Source of the DNA: Blasia pusilla
Taxonomy: Eukaryota
Length of the DNA: 64,000 nt
NCBI GenBank assembly: GCA_050084515.1
Contig: CM114271.1
Location: forward strand, 35,278,001-35,342,000
Direction of reading: 5' to 3'
Shown here: piece after piece, positions 1-11,435 of the stretch
How the letters are laid out: the number at the start of each line of letters is the position of its first letter
Numbering within the stretch: position 1 is the stretch's first letter
Made by a program: the position numbers and the translations under genes
The notes under the pieces: model-generated
The model's database searches: none
The model's input: only the letters and a program-made list of their open reading frames with translations
What the model was told of the DNA's origin: nothing

Positions 1-3000
1 TTTTATTTTAGCTTCACCAAGATCAGTCATTTCAAACTCCTGGCGGAGCTTCGTTTTGACAAAATGAAGCAGCGCAGAACTGGAGCTTGCGATGACAGTG
101 TCATCCACGTAGAGAGCAAGGATCAGAAAATTGGAGTCCTTGTTCAGAATGTAAATATTAGAGTCAGCAGTGGTGCTGACAAAACCAATGTCTAGTAAAA
201 CATAGTGACAGCGTTCATACCACATACGGGCTGATTGCTTCAAACCATAAATGGACCTTTCGAGAAAGCAGACCAAGTTATTATGGGGAACTGGCAAGCC
301 TGGAGGAAGGGCCATGTAGATCTTGTGTTGCAGGAATCCATATAGAAAAGCAGCGATTACATCTAATTGATGTAAGTCCAGGTTGAAATAAGCAGTGATA
401 GCAATTAGAATACGAAGAGATTGAAGTTTAACAGTAGGAGAAAAGGTCTCGACGTAATCAAGATCAGGAACTTGAGTAAATCCTTTAGCAACCAGACGGG
501 CTTTGTACTTGTGGATCGTGCCATCCACATGAGGTTTAATTTTAAAAACCCAACGGCGGCCAACTGTGCTTTGATTAGGAGGAAGGGGAACCAAAGTCCA
601 AGCCTTCATTCTAGCCATATTCTGAAGTTCAGCAGAAATGGCAGCCTTCCAATGTGAAGAGTCAGGTCCAGAGATAGCCTCTTCATAAGATTGGGGTTCA
701 AGAAAAGAACTAGTAGAAGAGAGCAAGACCCAACGCTTCTCTGCAGCTCGCTTCTTGTTCTTCTCAGCTTCAATAAGTGCATCGTAATGCTCAACAGCCC
801 GAGTAATGCGAGGACTTTTTCTTTGAGCAAGAGGAGTAGGAGCTCGTTGTCTTCTTTCATAGTAAAGATGGGTATGCCCATGACCAGGTACGGGGTGTGC
901 AGTGGAAAAGACCGTTGGTGAAGGCATATCCTCTGGCTGTGGCGGACTTGAAAGAGGTTGAACTCCCACTGAAGATGACATGGAAGGAGAGGAGTTCCCA
1001 CTGAGGGAATAATCGGGGAATAGTAGCAGGAATAGGCAAGGAAGTTTGAGGATTAGGGGATGAGCGGAAAAATAGAGGATCAGATCTGATAGCCAGATCT
1101 TCTGCATCAGAAGAAGCGAAAGCTGGAGTGGTCTGAGCAGTCTAATCTTCAAGAACTACAGCATCACAGGAAAGAATGATAGTTTTGTCTCTCAGCCTCT
1201 CAAGACGCAAGGCTTTGCTTTGGTCACTGTAACCAAGGAAAATGCATTCCTCAGTGCGAAAATCCAACTTTGAATGAGGATCATTGATTTTAGCAAATGC
1301 AGGGCTTCCAAAAATACGAAGATGAGATAACACAGGTTTACGATTAAACCATAACTCATAGGGTGTTGTGGAAAGTGGCAATGCTTTGCTCGGAAGACGA
1401 TTTTGCAAATAAGTAGCAGTGACCATAGCTTCACCCCAATAAGTCTTGGGGAGAGCAGAATGGAAAAGCATAGAACGGACAGAATTAGCAAGAGTTCTGT
1501 TCTTACGTTCTGAAACACCATTTTGCTGTGGTGTGTGGGGAACAGTGAACTGCCTGGAGATTCCTCGAGAAGGGCAGAAGTCTAAGAAAGCAGATGACTT
1601 AAATTCCCCACCATTGTCAGATCGCAATGTCTGAATGCGTCGAGGTTGATGTTGTGTCTCTACATTAGCCACAAATTGAGTGATACGGGAAAAACCTTCG
1701 GATTTGTAATGGAGGAGGTAAACAGTAGTATACCGGGAGAAATCGTCAATAAAGACCATGAAATAACGAAAACCCAAATGAGTAGGGGGAAATAGGCCCG
1801 CAAATATCTGTATGAATTAATTCTAAAACAGTGAGAGCTCTATAGACTGGAGAAGTGTTAGAAAAAGGTTTGCGAGTCTGCTTGCCATGTAGGCAGGCAC
1901 GACATGAAGAAATCTGAGAGGGATTATGCTGTGGAAGTCCGTCAGCCATTTGCTGATTTTGAAGTTGAGAAACATGAGCGGCGCTGATGTGACCCAAACG
2001 GTGATGCCACAGATCAACGATCATGGGAAGAATCGCAGTGGCAGCTGTAATGGGAGAAAATCGGGAGGGTGGAAGGACAGCTTCTCCGAGTTTGTACAAA
2101 TCATTGATTAAATAACATGTTGTGATAATCTGGGCTGTAGAATCACGGAGTATGCACTTTCCGTTGTGAATTAAGGCAGATCCTCCTGAAGTGTTTAGTT
2201 GCTTGACTGAGAAAAGATTTTTCTTCAAGCTTGGTATAAAGAGAACATTCCGAAGAATGTATCGAATACCATTAGTCAGAAGGATCTCAACGTGTCCAGA
2301 TCCTTTTATCTCCAGACTAGAGTTATCACCTAGGAAAACTTACGAAGATTTTTCATACGGAGTGTAATTGGAAAAGTAATCACTGGAGAAGGCCGTATGA
2401 TGAGTAGCACCGGTTTCAAGATACCATGTGTTATCTTGAATATCTGAAGCCGAAGTTGAATAGGCAACGGTAAAGAAGAGATGAGACGTAAAACTTGCTT
2501 TTGGAGCAGACAATCTGGACTGCATTTGCTGATCTGCAAGACGTTTTCGGCAATCTTTAATATGATGGCCCAGCAAATTGCAGTAGAAACACTTCATTTT
2601 CTTATAAGTGTTCTGCTGATTGGAGGATGAAGCCTGCCAATCAGCTTGATGATTGGACGATTCGATATGTGGAATCGTCATAGAAGCAGGAACAAATCCT
2701 GATTTGAAAGGACCAAAGCCTTTCTGAGGAGCTTTGCCTCGACCGTAACCTCTGAAGGAGCCCCCATGCCTCGAATTGCCGAATTTGGACTTCGATTGAA
2801 AACCTTGTCCAACAAAAAAAGCTGAGGATGGTTCAGCAGTCTGCGTCTTCATCATTTTCTCCTCCCTAAGAAGGAAAGTGATCACAGATTGCAAAGTAAG
2901 GTTACTCTGACCTCGCAATGAGGTCAATAAGTTGCGGTAACTATTGGGCATTGATCGTATCAATGCAAGATACTGATTTTCATCAGTAGTCACCGATCCA

Positions 3001-3440
3001 GGAGCGTGGAGTTGATCAATCAATGTCCTAAATTGATGGACATGTTTGGTAACACTATCGCCTTCTTTCATCTTAAGAGTCTGCAATTCATCTTGCAGAT
3101 ACATGTTTGTGACAGCGTCCTGGGCTTGGTATAAAGAATCTAATTTCGTCCAGGCTTCCGCTGCAGTCGTAGCGGAACTGATATGATGGACTCCTGAATT
3201 GTCTAAACGATTCGCTATGAAGGATAAGGCAATTCGGTTGAAAATCTCCCATTCGTGGACACTCCCAGCGCCGGTGGCAGGAGCAGTAGCCGCTGCTGGC
3301 TTTGGAGTTGTTCCTTCTACGATGCCTACTAAATCTTCGGCATCAAGGTACAATCTCACGCGTAATCGCCAGATATAGAAATAGGTCCCGTCAAATTTTG
3401 GGATGTCGTCAATCTTGAGGAACATGTTAGAATTCACCAT
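1..3440 (-). pseudogene. Disrupted copia gag-pol polyprotein
   Basis: In-frame TAA at 2340-2342 (the frame continues VFLGDNSS...KKNLFSV), a frameshift near 1780 (GPISPYS -> GFRYFMVFIDD) and a TAG at 1142-1144. The protease catalytic DSG/DTG motif reads ETG. Confidence 0.92.
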
Positions 3441-3635
3441 CGTGAATTGAAGAAAATGATAGAAAACGGGTCAAGGACTTCGAATTTGTAAGAATCAGAA
3501 GTCTGCAGCCACCAAGCAATCAGAAACGAGAAAGGCGTTTGAGCAGAAGGCGTCCCCTCTACTCTAGGAATGTTGAAGCGTCCCTCAAATTCCAATCCTT
3601 TCTTGAAAATCGTAAAAGTAGTGACTAGCGACCAG

Positions 3636-3647
3636 GCTCTGATACCA
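3636..3647 (-). promoter_or_regulatory. Primer-binding site complementary to initiator tRNA-Met
   Basis: The minus strand reads TGGTATCAGAGC directly after the LTR-terminal CA. Confidence 0.93.
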
Positions 3648-3883
3648 TGTGAGAATTGCGGAATGAATTGAAATTGCGTTCGTACTCTCTGTGTTCTCTG
3701 TTACTCTCTGTGTTCTCTGTATTGATAGATTGAAAAGCCGATACATAAGTAGTAAAGTCTGCTCTAAACTAAGAGCCCTAATCAAAAGACGTGACGGTAA
3801 CTGTGTCACTTCAGAAATGTCTCATAGCTATGTATTGTTTCGCAAGATGAAACGTTACTAGCAGTAATCAATGGTCATAAACA
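3648..3883 (-). repeat. Probable 5' LTR of the copia element (outer boundary approximate)
   Basis: Abuts the PBS and has TGT...ACA termini (TGTGAGA...TCATAAACA on +). The partner LTR is outside the window, so the outer end is unverified. Confidence 0.65.
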
Positions 3884-3999
3884 GAACATTGATCCTAATC
3901 TAATCTAGATCATTCGAATGGATTGATCCGTGTGATCAATTCTTAGATCAGTACTCCTATGATTTGTTTCGCTGGACTAATTGATTTCCTACACTGCAG

Positions 4000-5085
4000 C
4001 CTTTGAAGTGGGAGCTGAAGCAACAACCAGGAGGGCTAAGCCCTGCACGAGGTGGATTCAAGCCTGATGATCCAAATCAGCAAATTATTCCAGATGAGGA
4101 TATCTACGATGAATATGGCGGTATAGATGCCGAAAACCCTCGCTTCCTGCCTGGGAAAACTTGTGCTTTACTTCTACACCCAGAAATCTATAAGCCTAAT
4201 CCATACAACTGTTGAGAATTGGGTTGTTACTGAACTCTATTGTATGTCTTTTGCACAGGATTTTTAGCAGGTGGAGGTGATGGACTGTTGAGTATCCCAA
4301 ATGTCCTAGCATCACTTTCTCGTGAGCAAAGGAAGGAGCTTACAGATGCAACAATTGATAGGAAGGAGAGGAGAAAGAAAGATGGGAAAGAAAGGAGAAG
4401 CCATAAGCACAGAGGTAGGAAGAGATATGACAGCAGTGATGATGATCAGAAACAAGTGACAAAGGTAGACAGGAAGAGGACGAAGGGTAGTGGTCATGGT
4501 GAGAGAAGAAAGAAACACTCAGAGATGAAAAGATTGGATGAAAAAAGTAAGAAACTGAGAAGATCTGATCACCAAGATAGGGGAAGTGTCAGTAGTAGTG
4601 ATCTAGACGAAAGGGCTACACAAGACAGGCAAAAGTATGCCAGGAGTAATAATGAACAGAGAAGAGATAGAAATCAAGACATGATGAGAGCAAATGATAG
4701 TGATGATGAGACACGACACATTCATCAGGACAGGACGACAGTGAGTGAACGTGATGAGCACAGACACAGACGTCCAGATAGGAAGAGAGGGCAAGATAGT
4801 GAAAAGGATGAGAGAAGACAAAGATGGCAGGACACGAAGAGAGTTGATAATCATACCATTGACCAAAGGAGACACAGACACAGAGACAGGACGAGAGCAG
4901 ATGAAAGTGATTATGAGCAGAGGAACCATCGTAAGTATTGGGCCAACTCTAAAACAGAGAAACAAAGAAGGAAACATCGCAGAAAATCCCACGAGAAATC
5001 CAAGAAATTTACAGGGGATTCTGAACAATCTTATGATTCCAGTTCCTCCAAATGCGGCACCTCTTCATCCTCTCCATCCGGTTAG
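4000..5085 (+). CDS. 3' exons (4000-4120, 4259-5085) of an At4g19190-like / CIR N-terminal family CCHC zinc-knuckle protein; 5' exons lie outside the window
   Basis: AG acceptors and GT donor are in phase. The motif PLKWELKQQPGGLSPARGGFKPDDPNQQII..DIYDEYGGFL is followed by an R/K/D/S-rich tail typical of splicing-associated proteins. Family assigned from memory of the motif. Confidence 0.75.
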
Positions 5086-5694
5086 ATGGATAAATACATT
5101 GTCTTGTTTCCATTTGTGAAATTGTTTTATGGGAAATTCGCATATGGCATGTCTAAAGCACCCATTCCACCTAGCAACCGTGAATGTGCAGGTGTCTAGA
5201 CTTGCAGCACTTAGGTGTTCCGAGGACCTATGGTCGGTATAAAGTTGACAGCAGCAAGATGAATGTGTGGTACAGTCCAGAACATCCCCGGGTCAGTAAA
5301 TGTTGTCAGAGTAGATATGTATTTTTTATATCACGAAGCTGCATCCCTCACCTTTGCACTCGCCACAAGTGAGCACTGCAAAACTGCTATTATTGGCCCA
5401 TACCATAACTAAAGATGTGACCTTCCACACGGGAGTAGTGTTGCAGAGCATGAAATTTTCTCTGCGGGGTTGTTTCCTGATTTGGGAAATGCCACTTGTC
5501 AAACACGCCTTGCCCTCCACAAATTTGAGAAACTAGAGCGCTGCTGTGCCTGCGAATGCCTTGACCAAAAGTAATTCCTTTCATTTGAAAGTAGGACACA
5601 GAAAATCGCACCAGTGACATGAAATCTTGGAATAAAAAATCCCATTTTCCATTTCCCTACTCATCCAGTTTTCGTTTCTCTTCCTTACATTTAA

Positions 5695-5754
5695 TCCCCT
5701 CGTGTTGATGCCAGGAAGGAGACCCAGGGCCTTCCTGGCGTCAACACGAGGGGC
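5695..5754. repeat. 60-bp palindromic mini-element with TAA flanks
   Basis: 24-bp inverted arms at 5696-5719 and 5730-5753 (one T/G pair), a 10-nt loop, and TAA at 5692-5694 and 5755-5757. Confidence 0.8.
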
Positions 5755-5829
5755 TAACTTTGTAGACGGGATTTAATTTTGCATCGCTAGGGTTCCAATA
5801 CATAATGAGTGTGCCTCTACATGTCGCAT

Positions 5830-7600
5830 TGTGGCTTTGAACTTGCCACAATGCAACGTGGAAAGGCACTTTAGACCAACTCGTTCATACTCATCTTCAA
5901 TAGTGAATCACTATCTCCTTCCATTTGCTCCAAGTGTTCAAACCGATGTCTCACCCCAAGAGTATGTATGTCAACGTGGCATCTTGCCACATACACATCA
6001 CCCATCATTGCTAAAGCTACTTTTTCCTCAATTCTTCAACATCTGCCCACAATCCAATTCTAACAAAAAAACTCCCATGTCCTCAATAATTCTTGTATGT
6101 CCGATGATCAAGTGAAAATTGACCTTCATGCAAGAATACCCAATTGAACAAATAGTTATGATGTTTGCAAATCAAGAAGACACTCTCCAATAATAATACA
6201 TGTGAACATGGAAACAATAATAGAGCTCCATCTATATGAAATTCTTCAATGTCTTGCTTGGTTGGCTCCTACCGCTGCAAACAATAATGGAGACTTACCA
6301 TTCTTCTAAACTTTTTTAATCCTTGGATTTTATTTTTCATAGACTCATAGTATTTCCCACGATCATAGCGGTGTGATTGCGGTCTTGTCTCCAAGTAGCG
6401 ACTTGAAATTTGGAACACTCTTCATGTTTGGCACCATAATTAGAGTGAGAACTTATTTGAGACCGTATGATTCCCACTAAATCTGCTTGTTTTTAGTTTT
6501 CTTTGCCCAAGTAGGATATATCACGAAAGAGGGCTGGCAAATCGACAAATTATCAATCTACACTTTACTTCCATGACATAAGTAGAAAAATTGCTAGTTT
6601 GGTTGCATGACACATGATAAACGGGCAGCAAGAAAACTACCATAGTTTGAATCATCTAAATTAATTTCAATCATTGATTTACATTCCATGTAGGGCACAG
6701 CATCTTAGTAGTATTACTAAACAAGAATATCTTTCTGATTTGTCCATAACCTCTAATATTTTGACACAACATGTCCCCCACCCTCTTAAAAAAAAAAAAA
6801 GTGAATTGTGAATGAATTGAGAGCTCTCGCCTTGCTCTATGTATGATACCAAAGTTTAAATTGTGCCATGTGTCTTGTTAGCTCCCATACCTTGTTGGAT
6901 CTCCTTGCTCCGTGCCCCTACTACCTCACTTTTACTATACATTACAATCTGGTCATACCAATTTTATACTACTAGTATGTGGCCCACAGCGTGCATGGGG
7001 AAAATGACCATGCTACCCAAAATGTTTCCTTGCTTTTCGGGCTATGAAAACACTTTTTTCTTCCCTTTTACCTACATAATGTTTGCATTAAAAGACTACC
7101 CTCCTTTAATTAGCACACATAGATGGCAAAAAAAATTTAAACAATCCCTTGAACCCTATTATTTCCATATATAGCACTGAGAAATTAAAGACATGAATAA
7201 AAGAAGATAGGGAAACCCATCATAAAGTATAAGGAGGGACTTTTGGAGTAGCAAACACCTAGGTCATAATGAGGCAGGGGAGTCCCATAAAACCTTACGT
7301 CAACAATAGTAAAAGAAATATCAATGACAATAAGATAAACATGACTACGGGCAAGAGGGCCTTTAGTAGGATCGTATCCCACAACCTAATGTTGTCTCAT
7401 ACATGCCCTTTCCGTTGGGATGCATTTTAGATGAAGAGTGATTGAGATTAGTTGTCTACAATACCTAACTTTGGCTTTGTTGACTTTAGTTTTTGGGAAA
7501 GTGCCCTAAGACCTACTATTGTATGAAAGGGTTGAGAGTGTGAGATGTCACATAGGCCACTAAGGAGAGAGCTTGGGAAAGGGAGGGGCTATATGAAAAC
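5830..7600 (-). mobile_element. Highly degenerate LTR-retrotransposon relics (possible chromodomain fragments, PBS-like remnant)
   Basis: Broken minus-strand fragments resemble LDHR..EFLVRW and FP.F..LGDK. There is an interrupted PBS-like GCTCT..TGATACCA at ~6834-6851. No intact ORF. Confidence 0.3.
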
Positions 7601-8180
7601 AAAGAAAATTTGGAAAACTTTTTTTTTTTTACCTCCTTCCATAAAACATAGGAGTCATAGTGCTTCTTGCCTTATGAGTACCCCAAGCATCTCACCATAA
7701 GAAGATATTTAATTTGACACTAGAAAGAGAATTATGGAGTATGAATATATGCTTTAATTTTAAAATTTATAAATTAGAGGTTTTTTAGGTACATGACGGG
7801 TTGAAGGTGTGCATTTAACAATCAAATGTGATGTCTTGTTTGAGGAGTGTATGAGGGATGATAGCAACGTGTGACAAATATCATTTCTGAAATTAATATA
7901 AACTTTTAAGAAAATGATTATAAAGTCGAGTCTTTTAAAAAAATCTCAATTTTAGTCTAATCTATTCTAAGAACAAAGGTGGGGTTTACATAAACAACCC
8001 TCTTCCTTTCTTAAGATTCCTTTGCTTAACACCCATAATTTTAAGGGAGGGAATTAAATGGAGGAAGAGGAGGGAATTAAGTTAAGGGAAGAGAAGAGTT
8101 CACATGAGAGCATGGGATAGGAAGAGGGGAGGGAGGGTAGGGGAGGGGAGGATGGGAAAGGCAAGCTTTCATGCACATGG

Positions 8181-8685
8181 AGGTAAATCACTTGTGCTTT
8201 TGTTGACTTTGTCCTAGTCGCCCCATCTCTTAACCCCATCTCTCTACCTTCTATGTCATTGAGTAAGGATAGTATGTAACGTTATCATTGGAAGATGAGG
8301 GAAGATAGCGAAGTATATACTCGTGATAAATATCATTTATGAAAATGATTGTACAATTTTATGAAAATAATCATAAAATTCAATCTCTTAAAAAGAACTC
8401 TTTATAATTCTTTTAAAACCCAATTCTCAAACACCCATATGTGAACTAATCTATAGAATTCTTGGGATTAGAGGAAACCTTCCTCGGCTGATTGTTGACA
8501 CATGTCCTCTTAAGGCTCTTAACGGGTGTCATTTAAAAGGGGAAAACCACCACCCGTGCAACATACTAGTCTTCCAATAATAGTGTTACACGCTATCCTT
8601 TGTGAATAGAATAGACGGTAGAGAGATGGGGTTAAGAGAAGCCACAACTAGAACATAGTCAACAAAAGCACGAATGATTTACCCC
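8181..8685. mobile_element. Foldback / MITE-like element with ~115-bp imperfect inverted arms
   Basis: 8181-8296 is the reverse complement of 8570-8685 (e.g. TCTCTTAACCCCATCTCTCTACC vs GGTAGAGAGATGGGGTTAAGAGA). Confidence 0.75.
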
Positions 8686-9049
8686 TCCATCGCCACGCAA
8701 AGCTACATGCCACGCGAAGCTCCGAATTTCGGCATGAGTGAAGATGGAAAATTCTGCATGAGTGAAGATGTATATAGACTAGTGAAGAAGACCCTTTGAA
8801 CTCTACATGAAGTTTCATTGAACTATAGTTCGGATTACGAGAAATATTTTCATGGTGGAAAACATAAAGCTATTGTTTAATTAGCGCACAACAACAAAAC
8901 TAAATTATCTTTTATAATTAACTCTCAAAATTCTCAAATACTATTTAAAATTAATTTCTATTGATTTAGAAAACCGACTATCTTATTCACTTGAAAGTGA
9001 AAAGTGTAAGAAGAAAATGCCAAGTATTGAAAGAAGACTTCTAAGTGAA

Positions 9050-9195
9050 AGGGCACTCTTCCATAATAATATAAATAAATAAAATTAGTTTAGAAAAATG
9101 AGAGGATACTCTTCCATAATAATATAAATACAATTAATTTAGAAAAATGAAAAGACACTCTTCCATAATGATAGATAAAATTAATTTTAGAAGAA
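9050..9195 (-). repeat. Three tandem ~50-bp units, each containing the Helitron-family 5' motif
   Basis: CACTCTTCCATAATAATATA...TTAGAAAAATGA repeated three times; the reverse complement resembles the TATTATTATTGGAGAGTG 5' end of the mini-Helitrons. Confidence 0.7.
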
Positions 9196-9496
9196 ATCTA
9201 TTGATTCAAAAAGAGTACTTTTTAGGAAGTGTCAAAGGGAGAACCGTTTGAAAAATAAAAGCCCTATCCCAAATCTATCGATCAAAAATCATGAATATGA
9301 ACCCAAAAGGGTCGAGCAACCGATGGTATTGGGGTCCAAAGAGGAGAGGCGACATATAGATTGTTGTATAGTTGGTACGCTTGTGAAGACATTTCTTTTA
9401 GGCGGAACCGGGCTTGTGAAACGAAGAAGTGCATCTCAAAATAGACGTTCTCTTGCGGAAGTTTCTAATTTCGCTTGCAGTCAAGCGTTTGGAAGA

Positions 9497-10505
9497 ATAT
9501 AAAACTTTAATAGAAATTGGGATGGAAAACCCATCGGGATACAAAGGAGGAGGGGCATAGAGAGCCAAAAAAACCCGCGGGCCGAAATTGGCCCTGAAGA
9601 GACAGAACGGGGCCTCCTCTCCCTAATGACCAAAATCACCAACCGTAGAGACAATATCAGCGACACCTATAGAACTATGGCCACTACTAAGTGGGCCCAT
9701 AGCATTGGGGTCTCCAACCGCCTGAGCCCGCCGCAAAAGCCCATTTTCTTGGGCACGCTGCAAAGCTATGGAGACCCGTTGCCTACAATAAAGTATCGCA
9801 GTGGCTAAGGACAACCCATTTCTCGATTGGAGATGATGGGCACAATCCGTAACGAACGAGTCAAACCTCTCCCCCATAGCCCCGTACATCTCAATGGCTA
9901 GGGGGATAAATCGATGTCCGTCATGAAGTCGACTATAAATGTGGGTCTTCTTTATCGCTGCCGCCGCCACTCCTTGTAGCAATCTCCCTTGTGCCACCAC
10001 TTGGGCCTGTACCGCCTCCCGCGTAGGATCCGTCACTACAACATCCGTTACCACCACCTCAGACTCCTGCATCATGTAGAGATCATCACGGATAAGGGAA
10101 TCCCGCATGGAGTAGTGCCTCTCTCTCTACACATGGAAGCCACTCTCCCGAGCAATAGAAAACATAATATCCCGCACTGCATCGTGGGTGGTTATCCTCT
10201 CACCCACTAGTGGACACCGTGCCAAATGCACACCAAATGGATCCAGACTCCGACGACACTCGCAATTTGTCGAACCAACCACCAATGGTTGGGGGAGGCC
10301 CAATCCGAACCGCATCGTTGTAGTGGAGATAAGTGGTGCAATGCGGAAAGTCCGATAAGGGGGCAAGCCTCCACCCATGACCATAAAAGAACAAATACGG
10401 ACGCGAACCTCCATGGAATATTCCTATCTCAACGTGGGCTTCCATCCGATAAGATTGGAGCCCATTGTGGCCGGAGGTAACTAAGAAGAGAAAGTGACAA
10501 GAACT
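9497..10505 (-). mobile_element. 5'-truncated non-LTR retrotransposon with restriction-like endonuclease (CRE-like clade), decayed
   Basis: Minus-strand fragments RFGLGLPQP..CECRRSLDPFGVHLARC..ERITTHDAVRD (Zn finger) and R.DLY..DVVVTDP..KKTHIY..FIPLAIEMYGAMG..QRVSIALQRAQ (PD-(D/E)xK-type RLE). There is a stop/frameshift near 10110-10130 and a 3' UTR with ATTAAA near 9507-9512. Confidence 0.8.
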
Positions 10506-10520
10506 TCGTCTGCTACCACA

Positions 10521-11066
10521 CCGGAAACAGGAGTGGACAGGTTTGAAAATCGAAGGAGGAGTCCTTGATAGGCGGACTAAAGAAGCTCATCATGAAACAG
10601 ACGTCGTCTTGCCGAAGTTTCAATTATCGCTTGGAGTCCTGCGTTTGCGACTAGATACGCAGTTCCCTTCGGCGGAAACAGGCTTAGACAGGTTTGAAAA
10701 ATTAAGGAGAATTCCTTGATAGGCGAACAGAAGAAGGCCATCTTGAAACAATCGCGCATTTCGTTTGATTGGACTGGATTTGAAAATCAATCGGAGGGAG
10801 AATTCCATGGCTGGCGGACAGAAGAAATCTGGTCGTCCATCTCAGAACAGAGGTTCTCTTGCCGTGGTGTCTAATATTGCTTGCAGTCTTGCTTTTGCGA
10901 CCAGATACGCATTTCACTTCAGCGGAAAGAGCCTTGGACTAGATTTGAAAATTGAAGCAGAATTCCATGACAGGCGGACAGGAGGGTCTAGACGTCCGAC
11001 TCAAACAAAGGTCCTCTTGCCGAGGTTTCTAATATTGCTTGCAGTCCAACATTTGCGACCAGATCG
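10521..11066. repeat. ~150-bp degenerate tandem array (about 3.5 units), with a further partial unit at 9400-9491
   Basis: Recurring CGGAAACAGG..GAC.GGTTTGAAAAT..GAATTCC.TGA.AGGCGGAC..TCTTGCCG..GTTTCTAAT.TTGCTTGCAGTC..TTTGCGAC.AGAT, with unit starts near 10521, 10671, 10771 and 10921. Confidence 0.88.
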
Positions 11067-11333
11067 AAACGAGCTCATGCGTCAGAGGATGTCCGCAAAG
11101 GTCTGGAAGGAGGGGTAATAGATCAGTGCAAGGAGGGATGTTTATAGTCTTCATATAGTGTCGAGTCGCAGGAGTCGGAGGGCTTGAGTAGTAGTGAATA
11201 CGATGTTTACATTATCCAAGGATCTCTCGCATCGCTAGTTGGAAGTGAGTCTTTTGTCAAGTATAATTCTCAGTCCCAGCTAACCTCGGATTTCCAAGAT
11301 TCATGTAGCCCTTATATCCACAACAGAAACGAC

Positions 11334-11435
11334 AGTGGCAAACGTTACTGCTCTGCACATACTGACGATGGTATTCGCCGGGCGACGGCGAATACCATTG
11401 TCAGTAAGTGCAGAGCAGCATTGCCGATTGCCACT
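11334..11435 (+). ncRNA. Candidate pre-miRNA / hairpin RNA
   Basis: 33-bp stem (11348-11380 with 11386-11418; one A-A mismatch, one G-U), 5-nt loop and an imperfect lower stem closed by GTGGCAA/TTGCCAC. No match to a miRNA I recognise. Confidence 0.45.

Larger units (their letters stand above)
1..3883 (-). mobile_element. Ty1/copia LTR retrotransposon, decayed, runs off the window start; inserted antisense in a host intron
   Basis: Minus-strand order is gag (zinc knuckle CFYCNLLGHHIKDC), protease (WYLETGATHH), GAG-pre-integrase (LWHHRLGH...CRAC), integrase (FIDDFSRY, RSDNGGEF, PQQNGVSERKNRTL) and RT (KARLVAKGF, YGLKQS, LYVDD at ~103-117). A PBS and a probable 5' LTR lie upstream of gag. Confidence 0.97.

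Noticed and set aside
10521-11066. Tandem array as CRISPR-like or protein-coding repeat
   Set aside because: Whole units are similar with no unique spacers, the context is eukaryotic, and the frame is not preserved between units.
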